Shown: piece by piece, positions 35,520 through 46,647 of the stretch
Numbering within the stretch: position 1 is the stretch's first letter
Layout: every line of letters starts with the position of its first letter
DNA from: Daphnia carinata
Lineage: Eukaryota
Assembly (NCBI RefSeq): GCF_022539665.2
Contig: NC_081332.1
Span: 1,798,001-1,862,000, forward strand
Direction of reading: 5' to 3'
Length of the DNA: 64,000 nt
Translations under genes and position numbers: made by a program
The notes under the pieces: model-generated
What the model was told of the DNA's origin: nothing
Seen by the model: the letters and a program-made list of their open reading frames with translations, nothing else
Database searches by the model: none

Positions 35520-36054
35520 TCTTCACCATAGGAAGAGTTGAACGTCCAGGTATACGCTGTAGCAAACACTACGCCAACCGTTTAAATCAATCGATTGCAG
35601 AACTGGGCTTGCCATTAACATAACAATAAATGAATATAAACTTGGAAGATTTGAAATATAACCCCATGTCATCAATCACAGTGTATGTTATTGAACTGTC
35701 TCCGTCAGTACAATTCCTTCCACATTCCGCATCCATTAATGAAGTGCTTGGCAACTGAAACCCTCATTTATAGTTCTTAGAAAAATACGAAGCTTTTCTA
35801 CATTTTTATGTTGAATTTGTTCGTCTCTGGTGCCATACGTTCTCCTTCCGTGTTCCAAACATCTTGCGAACGACTGTCCGTGGGGATATCATCGCACTCG
35901 GCTAGACATTTTGAAATGCATTGAGAATAGCGTCAGAGGGTAGTAAGACATTAGGAGGAACTGACGTAAAATTACAAATTGAAAATCTTATTTTTACTGT
36001 GACAAACCTCACTTCTAACATAACTAAAAGCTGCAGCTTTGCAAAGGTGTTGAA

Positions 36055-37076
36055 ATGGCGTACGGTATGAATTTCAAAATAACTTCAAGCGGTGCTTACC
36101 CCAATATGAAAGTGAAATCCATCAAGGTTTTTTCTTCTATTTGCATTGCTTGTGGCATTGCCTCTATTTTTCTGCAGGTAAATCATCTTCACAGTGATAA
36201 ATAAATGCGTTTCATTCCGTACTAAACGCAAATCAAAATCTTCTTAACTACCGAGTTATTCTGACTTTTTTCTTTGTTTTTTTTTTTTCAAATTTCAATG
36301 GGTCGAACAAAATCTAGTTTGCCACCATGATGATGATCGGAATGGGACGTGAAATTTATATCATTACTTCAGACGCCGTTGGCTGCGGGATTTGGTCTGG
36401 AGCAATTTACTTGATAGTTGGAGGCTTGGGTATGGCCGTCACTAAAGCGAAGAGAAAAAGGCTGTAAGTATCGCAGACGTTGATACAAAAAAAAGGTATT
36501 CGTTAATTCGATATTCATATTCAGGCTTATCGCTGTTGTGTTGTTATCATCCCTATCGATTTTGGCGTCAACCGTTGCGTTCGTGCTGTCAGGCATTGTG
36601 TCTCCTGTCGGTTATTACTCCTGTTCATATCGTTTAGGAGACGCATTATGTACGTATAATAACTCAATTCAAAATATTGAGGCCTTGTTATTCTTTTCTG
36701 TAGAAACAAGTTGATTAACACCTACGATTTTGTTTCATATAGGTAGTGTATGGCGAGGATTGCAATTCACAATAGGGGCTTGTAGCATCTTAGCGTGCAT
36801 CAGTTCCATAGCCCTCGTGATCCTGGCTTCTGAATCTCTATGCACTTGCTGCAGAAAACATGAAATGGTAATATGGATTTTTAATGGATTGCTTTCCATC
36901 TGAGGAGATAGCAGGGGAATTGCTAAACCGTGTCTCTCTTAACATTATTTTATTCTATGTACGTGGATCTCTATATACGCGGATTCGGATTCATGAAGAG
37001 GGATCCCTTCCCGTACGTCGAAGCCACGAACGTTGGCGAGCGAACCGCAGATCGTCAACAGCAATTCGACCTGTAG
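36055..37076 (+). CDS. MS4A/CD20-like four-TM protein, array gene E
   Basis: MAYGMNFK..IKVFSSICIACGIASIFLQ / ..SDAVGCGIWSGAIYLIVGGLG.. / ..YYSCSYRLGDALC / SVWRGLQF..SLCTCCRKHEM / RDPFPYVE...FDL*; last exon less certain. Confidence 0.75.
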
Positions 37077-37893
37077 ATCTAGCAAAATCATATAGAGAAC
37101 AGATACGCTGGATCCACATGCCATGCTATGTCCAAAGAGCCGTTGTTTCCACCATACGCCGCTGGAACACCACCAACATGTTGGATATGCCAACAAAGAG
37201 CCGAAACAAGTCTATACTTTGATGAATAAATGTTAACGATTTCAGTTATTTGGTCCTAATAAAATTTCAATTAAACTGTTCCGGTTGTTAGGAACGAGTG
37301 AGCATGCAGTGGGTTTTCTATTTGCTGTACTTTTCGATGCATCACCACAATAAATGGGACCTTTAAATTCTATCTAACATATTTTCTAAGTAGTTCGATA
37401 GTAAGTTAAAGTCATTTGCACCTGCAAAACCTTTTCTGCCATTATTTCTATTCCTGGAAAAAATGGAAGGGTCCGTCACGTTCCGAGTTGCTCTTTATCT
37501 CCAGTGTATTCATACGTCTTCACTTTGTGGGCGATACAAAGAAAACATATTCAAAAAAGAATAAGTTTTTCTAGTTGGATGGTCAACGTATTTTTAAAGC
37601 GTTGCTTCTTTTTTTACCTCTTTGATCGTCGACGTACAATCGTCCGTGGAGATGACATCATCGACTTCCCCAAAATATCGGACCACTTCATTGACAGCTT
37701 CAGAGAGTAGCAGACATTCAACTAGAAACAACTCTGTGAAAACACTTCAGAATTAAATAACGTGTCGTTTTTAACGTTGCGTAAATCATAATAGACGTAG
37801 GGCTTCGTTTGATTTTGATTGTCTTTCAGTAAAGTTGTTCCGGAACGCTATTGAAGGTAGTGAATGAACTAGCGAAACTTTAGAAGTGAGAAG

Positions 37894-38793
37894 ATGGTCC
37901 TGGGTTTCAATCTAAAGACGAATTCTAGTGTCAGTGACTCAGAAATGAAAGTGAAATCCATTAGAATTGTATCTGCCATTTGCATTATCTGTGGCATTGC
38001 TTCTATTGGTATGCAGGTACGCTACGTTTCTAACCTTAATTTTGAACAATTTCATTTTCCAGTAATTGAAATATTTCAGATCGCCGCCATAGCGATCTTC
38101 TTAGCGAAATTCGGTTATTACTACATCACATTTACGTCCGACGTTGTTGGCTACGGTATTTGGGGCGGAGCCCTCAATTTGATTGCCGGATGCTTGGGAA
38201 TCGCCCTCACTTACGTCAATGAAAAAACGCTGTAAATAGCTCACCTACCTCAGACATTTGAAAAATTAAAATTCTGTGCCTTTCGAACTTTCAGGCTTGT
38301 TGCTGTTGTGGTTGCGGCGACCTTATCGATCCTCGCATCGTTCCTCATTTCTTTACTATCAGCCTTAGCCGCTTCCTTAGGCTTCTATAGCTCTTGCTTA
38401 TGGCTATTTGAATATTCAACATGTACATATGTGATAGTTTATATACTTAATCATTCACATTGATGGTTGTTTTGTTTGACAGGTGACACTTGGCTACGAC
38501 TGGAATGGTCACTAATGGGATGTGGCATTTTAGCTTTCATCAGTTCCACAGCTCTCGTCATCCTGGCATCTCAGTCTCTATGCACTTGCTGTAGCAAGCA
38601 AAATAATAGCGAAGACAAGGTAATATTATTTTATTATTGCCTGTGAATATGGCAAAGGTAAGACATGGATGTTTAAAAATAATGTCTGTTTAAATTCTTT
38701 ATATTCTGCGTGATCCGAATGTGGAACGACTCCCGTCCGTATGCAAATTGAATTTCGCAGACAGAGACTTACAAGGTGACGGAGATCGATTAG
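37894..38793 (+). CDS. MS4A/CD20-like four-TM protein, array gene F
   Basis: MVLGFNLK..IRIVSAICIICGIASIGMQ / ..SDVVGYGIWGGALNLIAGCLG.. / ..YSSCLWLFEYSTC / DTWLRLEW..SLCTCCSK.. / TETYKVTEID*; last exon less certain. Confidence 0.75.
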
Positions 38794-39430
38794 CAAATTG
38801 CGGAAGACAATCCGGAGAAAAGCAACGTAATCTTTGAAGCGAAGATAATTTTTACGTAAAAGAATCGCATTTGCATATAGTATAACGATCTTGCATCCGT
38901 GATGGCCCACCTTGTACGTGTTAATTCTATTGTGATCAATTAAACTTTTCAAAAATCAAAACGACCGATGGAAAAATCTAGATCTTTTGTTATCCATAGG
39001 AAGTCGATAATGTAAAAAACTCTAGATCGACCGACACTGATAACTGGTTAATTTCATTATACTAGTATATATGAACATTGATTTGACCTTAAAAAGCATG
39101 CGTGAAAGCGCAGATAAGAATCTATAGAGCTGATGGAATATTCTGGGCTACACACATATCGCCGTTCTCTCCCACTTCGTGTGCGTGTTTTTGTTTGTTC
39201 ACAGGCCGCAATGACGTTGTCAAAGACGTAGAACAGCATATCGTGATGGTGGGTTGGCATACGGAAGGAGGAAATGGATTGGTCCTTTTCGCGTTATCGG
39301 TACGATCGAGTCAGCTATTACTTCGTCAACGTCTTCTTTGTTGGCAAACGTTGCGTGACTGCAGAAACGCACGGAATACGATCCTTTTACCTCCGAAAAA
39401 CAGACCCATCCAATCGGATTTCTATTGGCA

Positions 39431-40283
39431 ATGAAACCTGTTTTAGTCGTCATCTTTTCAGTGTTTTCAATCATCTATGGATTCGCATCTGTCGGCGTAC
39501 AGGTAAACATCATTTCAATTAACGATGTTTTATTATTAACGAATACAAAATTAAACAGCTGGCAGCGTTAATATTGTACACGAGAATCAGTAACTTTGTT
39601 GTGCTCGGCTATGATGTCGTCGCTCACGGAATCTGGTGCGGTTTCATTTACATCGGAGCCGGAAGCCAAGGACTTTATTCTTCATACAATCAACCGAAAG
39701 CGTAATAATATTATCCTTTCATTTCCTAATACTTAATGTAATAAAAAACAAGACCATCTTCTATTTGAAATTGCAGTCTGTTCATGACGGTTGTGACCGC
39801 GGGATTCGCAGTTTGCGGAGCCATTGTTGCGGCCACTCTGTCCGGTCTGGTAGCCTCTTCGGGATTCTCTTACGCTTGCGATCCTTACCATTATTCAAGC
39901 TCTTGTAATTACATATTTAAATAAAATAAAAATCGTATAAGGATAGCTCCAATAGCTGCTAATGCGATGCGATTAACGACAGGTGTACCATGGCTCGATC
40001 TCGAATGGGCCCTAATGGGCGTCAGCATCTTAGCGGGCATCAACAGTTTAATTTTGATGTACTACGCTTATGTGGCACGGAATTCCGACAAGTGCGGCGA
40101 TAGAAATCATCACATTAGAGTATGAATCTTTTTTATATAAAGTCAAAGCAATTTCAGTTTAATGAGTAAATGTATTTGCTTCCATCCGAACAGAGTGACA
40201 GCCATTCAGAATCGCCTGGTCCTTACATCGTTCACGGCCGGAGTCATCAGCAGCCTCAACGCGTTGTAACATCCGACATCTAA
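39431..40283 (+). CDS. MS4A/CD20-like four-TM protein, array gene G (may start further upstream)
   Basis: MKPVLVVIFSVFSIIYGFASVGVQ / ..YDVVAHGIWCGFIYIGAGS.. / ..SYACDPYHYSSSC / VPWLDLEWALMG.. / SDSHSESPGPY...*; frame is open back to an acceptor at ~39364. Confidence 0.72.
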
Positions 40284-41134
40284 CACATCGCTCCTCTCGT
40301 TTGTCTACTAATGTACATTTTATAATTCGCAAATGATTCACAACTTTGTAAATAGAACGTTACAACTCACAAAACGTGAAGGTTGCAGATACTATGCTAA
40401 ATGACGTAATCATCTATTCATATTTTTAAAAGTATTGACTTTTTAAAATTTGTGTTCCACTATGGCAATCGAAGAGATAAACGTTGTGTAGAAAGAACCA
40501 ACACTATTGAGCACGCAAGGACTAAAAGCAAGTCCATAGTTTAAATCCACCTGACCTTATCATCGCCACGTGAAGCAGAGGCTGTCAAAATCAACTGTCA
40601 AACAGCACACGCTTATCCTCGCTATTTTCAGTTCTACGTTCGGAATTTTCATGTTTTTCTTCCTCTTATAACGATGACGTCCGCCCTTGACGTTCTTTGT
40701 TAAAAGAATCGGATGATTAACCTATTTGGACTTCGCTATCGCACGTCGTATGCAGCCTTACGTGGATTGCGTCAACAAAATTGAAGTACCGTTGATGCTT
40801 TCGCTCTTAAAACCAATCCCAATCTTGTCGGCGGTGTGAAAAGATGAGTTATTTGGCCGATGTTTCTCTATACCAACGCCGAAATAGAAACGGAAACCTG
40901 ACGTTCACAATGCGATAAGCGCACTGTGCTGCGAGGACAAGTTAATTCCGAGATAGTAGGCCTCGAACAATGATTACGAAGCGTTTATATATATTCAGAA
41001 ATTTATGAGTATCGCCCGTCTTTAGTCGCTAATTCGTTCTCAGATCGTGTCGATGGTTTTATTGTGTCTGCAATCGGCATCAACGTTATTACTAAAAGTC
41101 AAAAGTGAACTATCCTTATTTAGTTTGCTGAGAA

Positions 41135-42874
41135 ATGTATAACGCCAACCACACCATGGGTACAGCCAATCCACCAGGAATGGCTTGGCAACCAGTTACG
41201 ATGGCTCCTGCGTACAACCCCCAGGGCATGATCGGCACGAAATTTACTGCCATCCGTGCATTTTCAAGAATCAGCATCGTTTTGGGAGTCCTCTCTATTG
41301 TTATCCAGGTAATTTCTTACGGTTCGGTAGCTATATGCAAATGGGGCAATGGTTCCGTCTGTCGTTGCAATTCATTGATCTTCAGATTGAATTCTATGGT
41401 TTTATTGTTTTTGAATACCACATTAAGATTGCGGCGTTGGTGATCTGCCTTGAATACATCTACAGCTCTGTATATTACCCGTTGGATGTTATCGGCCATG
41501 GAATCTGGTGCGGAGCGTTCTACGTGACGGCCGGCAGCTTAGGCACGTCTGCCTGTAGAACACCGACGAGATCACTGTAAGCAAGTTTACAAACATACCT
41601 CCTTTTGTTTTTTTTTTTTAATTGAACAATTTCATTCTAAAATTAGTTTGGTGAAGACCGTAGTAATGTCCACAATTTCAATCGTGGGTGCCATCGTCGC
41701 ATCTGGACTGTCCGGAATTATGGCAATCTGGGGCACCAACAATTACTGCCACGCTTTTTATGGAGCAACCTTATGTATTATTTTGCATTTATACATAATC
41801 CTCATAGTTTCCGATAACAATGGATATCCCTGATTAATTCTTCTGAATTCGCTGAGTTTTAATTTTAATGTTCTCTTTTTCGGTTGAATGATTTACGTTC
41901 ACAGGTAACACGTGGGAAGGCCTGGAATGGGCCTTGATGTCTATCAGTATTTTGGCTTTCATAAACTCAATTACTCTAGTTGCCTTAGCATCCGGACCCC
42001 TCTGTTGCGGCGGAAGTAATAAAGGCCCACAAGGAAACATGGTATTTAACACGTTGATCTGCGCTGAGAATGTGTTTGATCTGTTTTATAGCAAACTTGT
42101 GCTGGGGAATGAATTGTTGAATGTGATAATCTATTACAGGGCGTTACAATCGGTGTTGGAGGCCATCAACAACCAATGTATTATCAGCCACAACCGATGT
42201 ATGTAGGGGCTCAACAACAACCGATCTATTTAGCGCCTCAACAGCAACCAAATGCTCAGTTCGTTCATGCTGGACAGCAGAATCCACAACAGATGCAGTA
42301 TCCGCAGCAGCAACAGTTCCCATCCTTACCCAATTCTCAAGTCGTCAATGTACCCCAGCAACAAGGCGGCCACTACAGCCAACCACTGCAACAACAACAG
42401 CAGCAACCTCAACGGCCGCAACAGGTCCCATCCTTACTCAATTCGCAAGCCGCCAATGTACCCCAGCAAAAAGGCGGCCACTACAGTCAACCACTGCAAC
42501 AACAGCAGCAGCAACCTCAACAGCCGCAACAGATGCAGTATCCACAGCAGCAACAGGTCCCATTCGCACCCAATTCGCAAGTCGCCAATGTACCCCAGCA
42601 ACAAGGCGGCCGCTACAGCCAACCACCGCAACAACAACAGCAGCAACCTCAACGGCCGCAACAGGTGCAGTATCCACAGCAGCAACAGGCCCCTTTCCCA
42701 CCCAATTCACAAGTGGCCAATGTACCCCAGCAACAAGGCGGCCGCTACAGCCAACCACCGCAACAACAACAACCGCCGCAACAGGCTTCCGTTGCCAACC
42801 AAAAGCAACCGCAGCAAAATCAATCTTCACAATATAAGTTGAAAGCCCAGCTACGCACTAATAAAAAAAACTAA
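41135..42874 (+). CDS. MS4A/CD20-like four-TM protein with expanded Q/P/Y repeat tail, array gene H
   Basis: MYNANHTMGTANPPG..RISIVLGVLSIVIQ / ..PLDVIGHGIWCGAFYV.. / ..NNYCHAFYGATLC / NTWEGLEW..PLCCGG / GVTIGVGGHQQPMYYQPQ + ~230-aa Q-rich tail. Confidence 0.82.
42287..42790 (+). repeat. Coding tandem repeat (~110-135 bp, 4 copies) in the gene H tail
   Basis: PNSQV(V/A)NVPQQ(Q/K)GG(H/R)YSQP(L/P)QQQQQQPQ(R/Q)PQQ recurs four times, the last copy truncated. Confidence 0.88.
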
Positions 42875-43134
42875 CCCAACTGTTTAAAACAATCGATTGC
42901 GGAACTGGGTGTGCTATTAACATAACAAGAATGAATATAAACTTGAAAGATTTGAAATATAACCCCATACCATCAATCACGGTGTATGTTATTGAGCTCT
43001 CTGTTGGTACAATACATTCGCAAAGCCAAAAACCTGGTTATTTCAGCAGTTTAAATGAAAGCGTGATTTTTCGAAGCATAATTGATTTAAATTGTGTACA
43101 TTATATGATTTAAACACGGCAGGGAGCAAAACAA

Positions 43135-43222
43135 GCCTCTGTGGCGCAATTGGCTAGCGCGTTCGGCTGTTAAAAATTTCGTTGTTACCGGAAGGCTGGT
43201 GGTTCGAGCCCACCCAGGGGCG
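43135..43222 (+). tRNA. trnN-GTT: tRNA-Asn(GTT) with 14-nt intron (43173-43186)
   Basis: Exons identical to the intronless copy; insert AAAATTTCGTTGTT lies one base 3' of the GTT anticodon; T-runs downstream. Confidence 0.9.
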
Positions 43223-43421
43223 AGCTATTTTGTATCTTTTTTTCTACGAAATTTATAGAACTTGTAAAAGTTCCATCAGTCTTACGCCATTATTTAAGAA
43301 AGAGAACGCCAATAGATTTTTATCTCGTAAAATATGATATTGTTTTATTAGCATGAATAATTTAAATAAGGCAACCGCTCTATACGTGGATGTAAAACTA
43401 CACTTTCAGCGAACGAAATCC

Positions 43422-44002
43422 TTAATAGGATTCAGCCAGTTTGGGTAGGGTGGGGAGAACGCGGGCAATCTCCTCCGGAATGGGGGGAGGGGTAGGCAAG
43501 TGGTCACCTTTAGGTTGGAATCCCTTCTCATCAGCAACCCAGGTGAGTGTGATCTTCTGGCCTTCCGGCGAAGTGTAGTAGGTATTGCCCTGGTTAGTGT
43601 TGCCAGATGTCACTTCTTTATCGTAACCGGGCAGCTGTTTCTGGACCTGGGATTCGTCGCGGGTAGTTCCATCAGATCCAGCAAAGCTTCATTGTTAAGT
43701 AACAGATCATTAGTAACAATCAAACGTGTCCACCAAAATAAAGGATGAGTTAAACATTTACCTCCACTGGCTGCTGCCGTCGAGGTTGCGGACATCAGAC
43801 TGGCTCACGATGGTGATTTCCGGCTCCTTGTAACCCGGGAGAGATGCAGCGGCAACGGTGGCGACGAGAAGGGCGAAGATGAACTTGATTGCAAATAAAT
43901 TTTAATTTTAAAAAATTATATTTTTAGAAATACTTAGTTTAAAATGCAAATTCCTGGTTATGCATAAATATGGATTTTTAAAGATCAGCTTACCACTTGC
44001 AT
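43422..44002 (-). CDS. RR-1 cuticular protein (endocuticle structural glycoprotein-like)
   Basis: MQV / [36 protein letters not shown] / [57 protein letters not shown]-1 consensus. Confidence 0.93.
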
Positions 44003-44050
44003 GTTGGATGATTGGCGAATGTCTGATACCATTTGAGATCCATCTTAGCC

Positions 44051-44058
44051 CTTTTATA
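44051..44058 (-). promoter_or_regulatory. TATA box of the RR-1 cuticle gene
   Basis: TATAAAAG on the minus strand, with TATCAGA initiator-like word about 25 nt downstream. Confidence 0.65.
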
Positions 44059-44887
44059 CTAGCAATACGATGGTAACTGTTGGGGCAGTTGCTCTCTCTT
44101 CTTCCAATGACCCATTTGCATATGCAGATTTCACAATAGTCTACCCCTCCGTCGTTGCGTAATACCCAGTCTGCAACATTTCGCCGTTAAAATTGCACAT
44201 GCCCTTCAGACGTCTCTCAACTTTCACTCGTGTCTAGAGCTTTCGCAGAACTTACCCCCGTCTAGCTATAGGACACTAGCGTTGTTGAGAATAAAATTAT
44301 AAAGATTCATATTTCGATTAGAACGCGTCTTTGCTGTTGGCGATAAACACACGCCAAGTCTAAAAAGCAAAGAAATACTTAAGTCGGTTGCTATGTGTCA
44401 GCTCGTTCAGCAAAATAACACGTGTCTATCATCCTGTGAAATTGGTGGCTTTTAGAAATTTTCAAACTATCAAAATAAATGTGTTACAAAAAAGAAAAGT
44501 ATGCTATTTTCAATTTGAAGAAAATTTAAATCATTTGTTTGTACCCATCGACAGCGCACAAAGCTTCGATGAAATTCGTGTCGTACACAGCCTGTGGGGT
44601 GGGTAATTATGCATGAGGAGGTAGGGTAAGCAATAAAAGAAAAGCGCCACGGCAATAGAACACCGTGGGAGAGAGGGGAGAGGAACAAAGGATTTTGCAT
44701 AGTATTCCCCTGACAATCAAGTGCAACATGCCAACCTAATGCAAAATAACTCAAGCCTAATACTTTTGGGGGGGAGGCTTCAAGGAGGGACGCGAAATTC
44801 AGAAACTTAAATATGATGCAAATGATCAACATTACAGCAAGGGCAACAATAAATAAAAAGTAATTTTAAAAAATTAAAAAAGATATT

Positions 44888-44961
44888 CGCCCCTGGGTGG
44901 GCTCGAACCACCAGCCTTCCGGTTAACAGCCGAACGCGCTAGCCAATTGCGCCACAGAGGC
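44888..44961 (-). tRNA. trnN-GTT: tRNA-Asn(GTT), intronless
   Basis: Exact reverse complement of the 27010 copy; T-run terminator follows. Confidence 0.97.
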
Positions 44962-45023
44962 TTGATATGAGATGTAAAAGCACTCAATTTATACGGCGTA
45001 TTTTTTCGGGATCTTTTTTCGGG

Positions 45024-45339
45024 ATTATCGGGAGAACTATGAGTCCAATGCTGATAAATTTAGATGAAATGAAGAGCTCTTGATGAGAGCTATCCAAATA
45101 TGCGAAAATTTTGGAAAAATATTCATAACAAAAAAAGTTGATGAAAATTTTTTTTCGAAGTTTTTGCGACCTACCAGCATACTCGACCTTGTAGACATAT
45201 AGGGAACAATTGATTTCTTTCAAAAATTTTTTGTTTATGAGGATTTTTCAAATATTTTTACAGAAATGGATAGCTCTTATCACCAGCTTTCCATTTCCTG
45301 TAAAATTATGCATTTTGAAGCACTAGTTCTCCCGATAAT
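45024..45339. mobile_element. MITE-like foldback element (~315 bp)
   Basis: ATTATCGGGAGAACTA (45024-45039) is the exact reverse complement of TAGTTCTCCCGATAAT (45324-45339); nested inner inverted matches (TGATGAGAGCTATCCA vs TGGATAGCTCTTATCA); non-coding. Confidence 0.65.
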
Positions 45340-45942
45340 AATTATTTAAGTTTCGGGAAATATTGGCTCCGCCCCCCGTCAATCGGGTAGCTTTTTCCCC
45401 AATCGGTTGGGTCATTACGGATTTCGAAGCGGTGCTTTCGAGTTTTGGGACCTCTAATTTTTTTACTGCTTATTTTATTTGGTTTCCGAGTCTTCAACGG
45501 GTGCTGCCAAAAAAAAACTGGTTGCATAACCCGGTTAAATGCCCGATTATTACACTTTCTATCTCCTAGGACCCGATTTCTACCCCAGTCTTTACCCAGG
45601 AATTTAATACCCAGTTGAAATGACGAAAACTACACACTTTAATTAGTTAAATGATAATCCTAAAAATAAAACCAATTAATTATAAAGATAATAAGCATTT
45701 TATTTTTCAGGTAAACATAAAAACAAATAAACATATGGTTATTAAAATATTTAACGGTATCAATATCGACAACGCTTAGATTCTTCGCATACTTTCCCGT
45801 CAAAAGTGATTCATAACAGGGACCTAAACCCTACCTTTCCTAAGTTGTTTTCCGGGTAGCGTTAAAGCATCTAAACGAAATAAAGTTGGTAAAGTGCAAT
45901 CATAAATTTCAAATCAAACAAGCTTTTGAAAAAATAATAGTA

Positions 45943-46029
45943 CGCCCCTGGGTGGGCTCGAACCACCAGCCTTCCGGTTACAACGTGACACTAACAGCCG
46001 AACGCGCTAGCCAATTGCGCCACAGAGGC
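45943..46029 (-). tRNA. trnN-GTT: tRNA-Asn(GTT) with 13-nt intron (45979-45991)
   Basis: Exons identical to the intronless copies; insert GTGTCACGTTGTA one base 3' of the anticodon; TTTTTT downstream. Confidence 0.9.
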
Positions 46030-46332
46030 CTGGTCAGAGAAAGATTTTGTATTTTCCAAATTAGGAAAAATCTTTGCCTATTAGTTTTTTTTCGAATATT
46101 TCCTTGTCCTTATTAAAAACACGCTAGTTGGGCAGATTCGATACAACATTAGCAATAAAGTATTTCTCATCAAAATTCAATATAATTAAACAAAACCCGA
46201 TTGTTTTTGGACAGATAACAATACAGGTAAACCTGTCTTTATAGGTACAGTCGAGTATATCCGAGGCGGGTTGCAATATGTGGACATTAAAACCTATACT
46301 CTTTAATTATGTCGTGCACTTTGGATCCACAT

Positions 46333-46406
46333 GCCTCTGTGGCGCAATTGGCTAGCGCGTTCGGCTGTTAACCGGAAGGCTGGTGGTTCGAGCCCACCCA
46401 GGGGCG
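46333..46406 (+). tRNA. trnN-GTT: tRNA-Asn(GTT), intronless
   Basis: Identical to the 27010 copy; T-run terminator at ~46417. Confidence 0.97.
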
Positions 46407-46647
46407 AATGTCATTCTTTTTATTTTTTTAACCTTGCCTTGTTTAAAAAATTTTACCAACATTAAAATAAATCTGTTACACTTTATACTTAAATTAACTT
46501 AAAACATCTTCTTCCACAATGAGATTTGTATTTTTTCGTGCCCAAAACTAATCATGTAATTGTAACACAACTGGCAGTATGTGAAAGGCAGTGTCTCGTA
46601 AATTGCTTAACTTTCCTTTATGCATTGCATTTGCAGCAGTTCACTCA

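Larger units (their letters stand above)
30890..35867 (+). repeat. Tandem segmental duplications (~2.3-kb unit: flank + promoter + MS4A-like gene)
   Basis: 30890-31880 is near-identical to 33232-34212; 30378-30659 matches 35585-35867; the promoter block recurs at 28739-28918 and, more diverged, at ~40490-41135. Confidence 0.9.

Noticed and set aside
22540..42790. Regular repeats that could suggest a CRISPR-like array
   Set aside because: They are in-frame coding repeats or gene duplications in eukaryotic DNA, with no repeat-spacer structure or cas genes.
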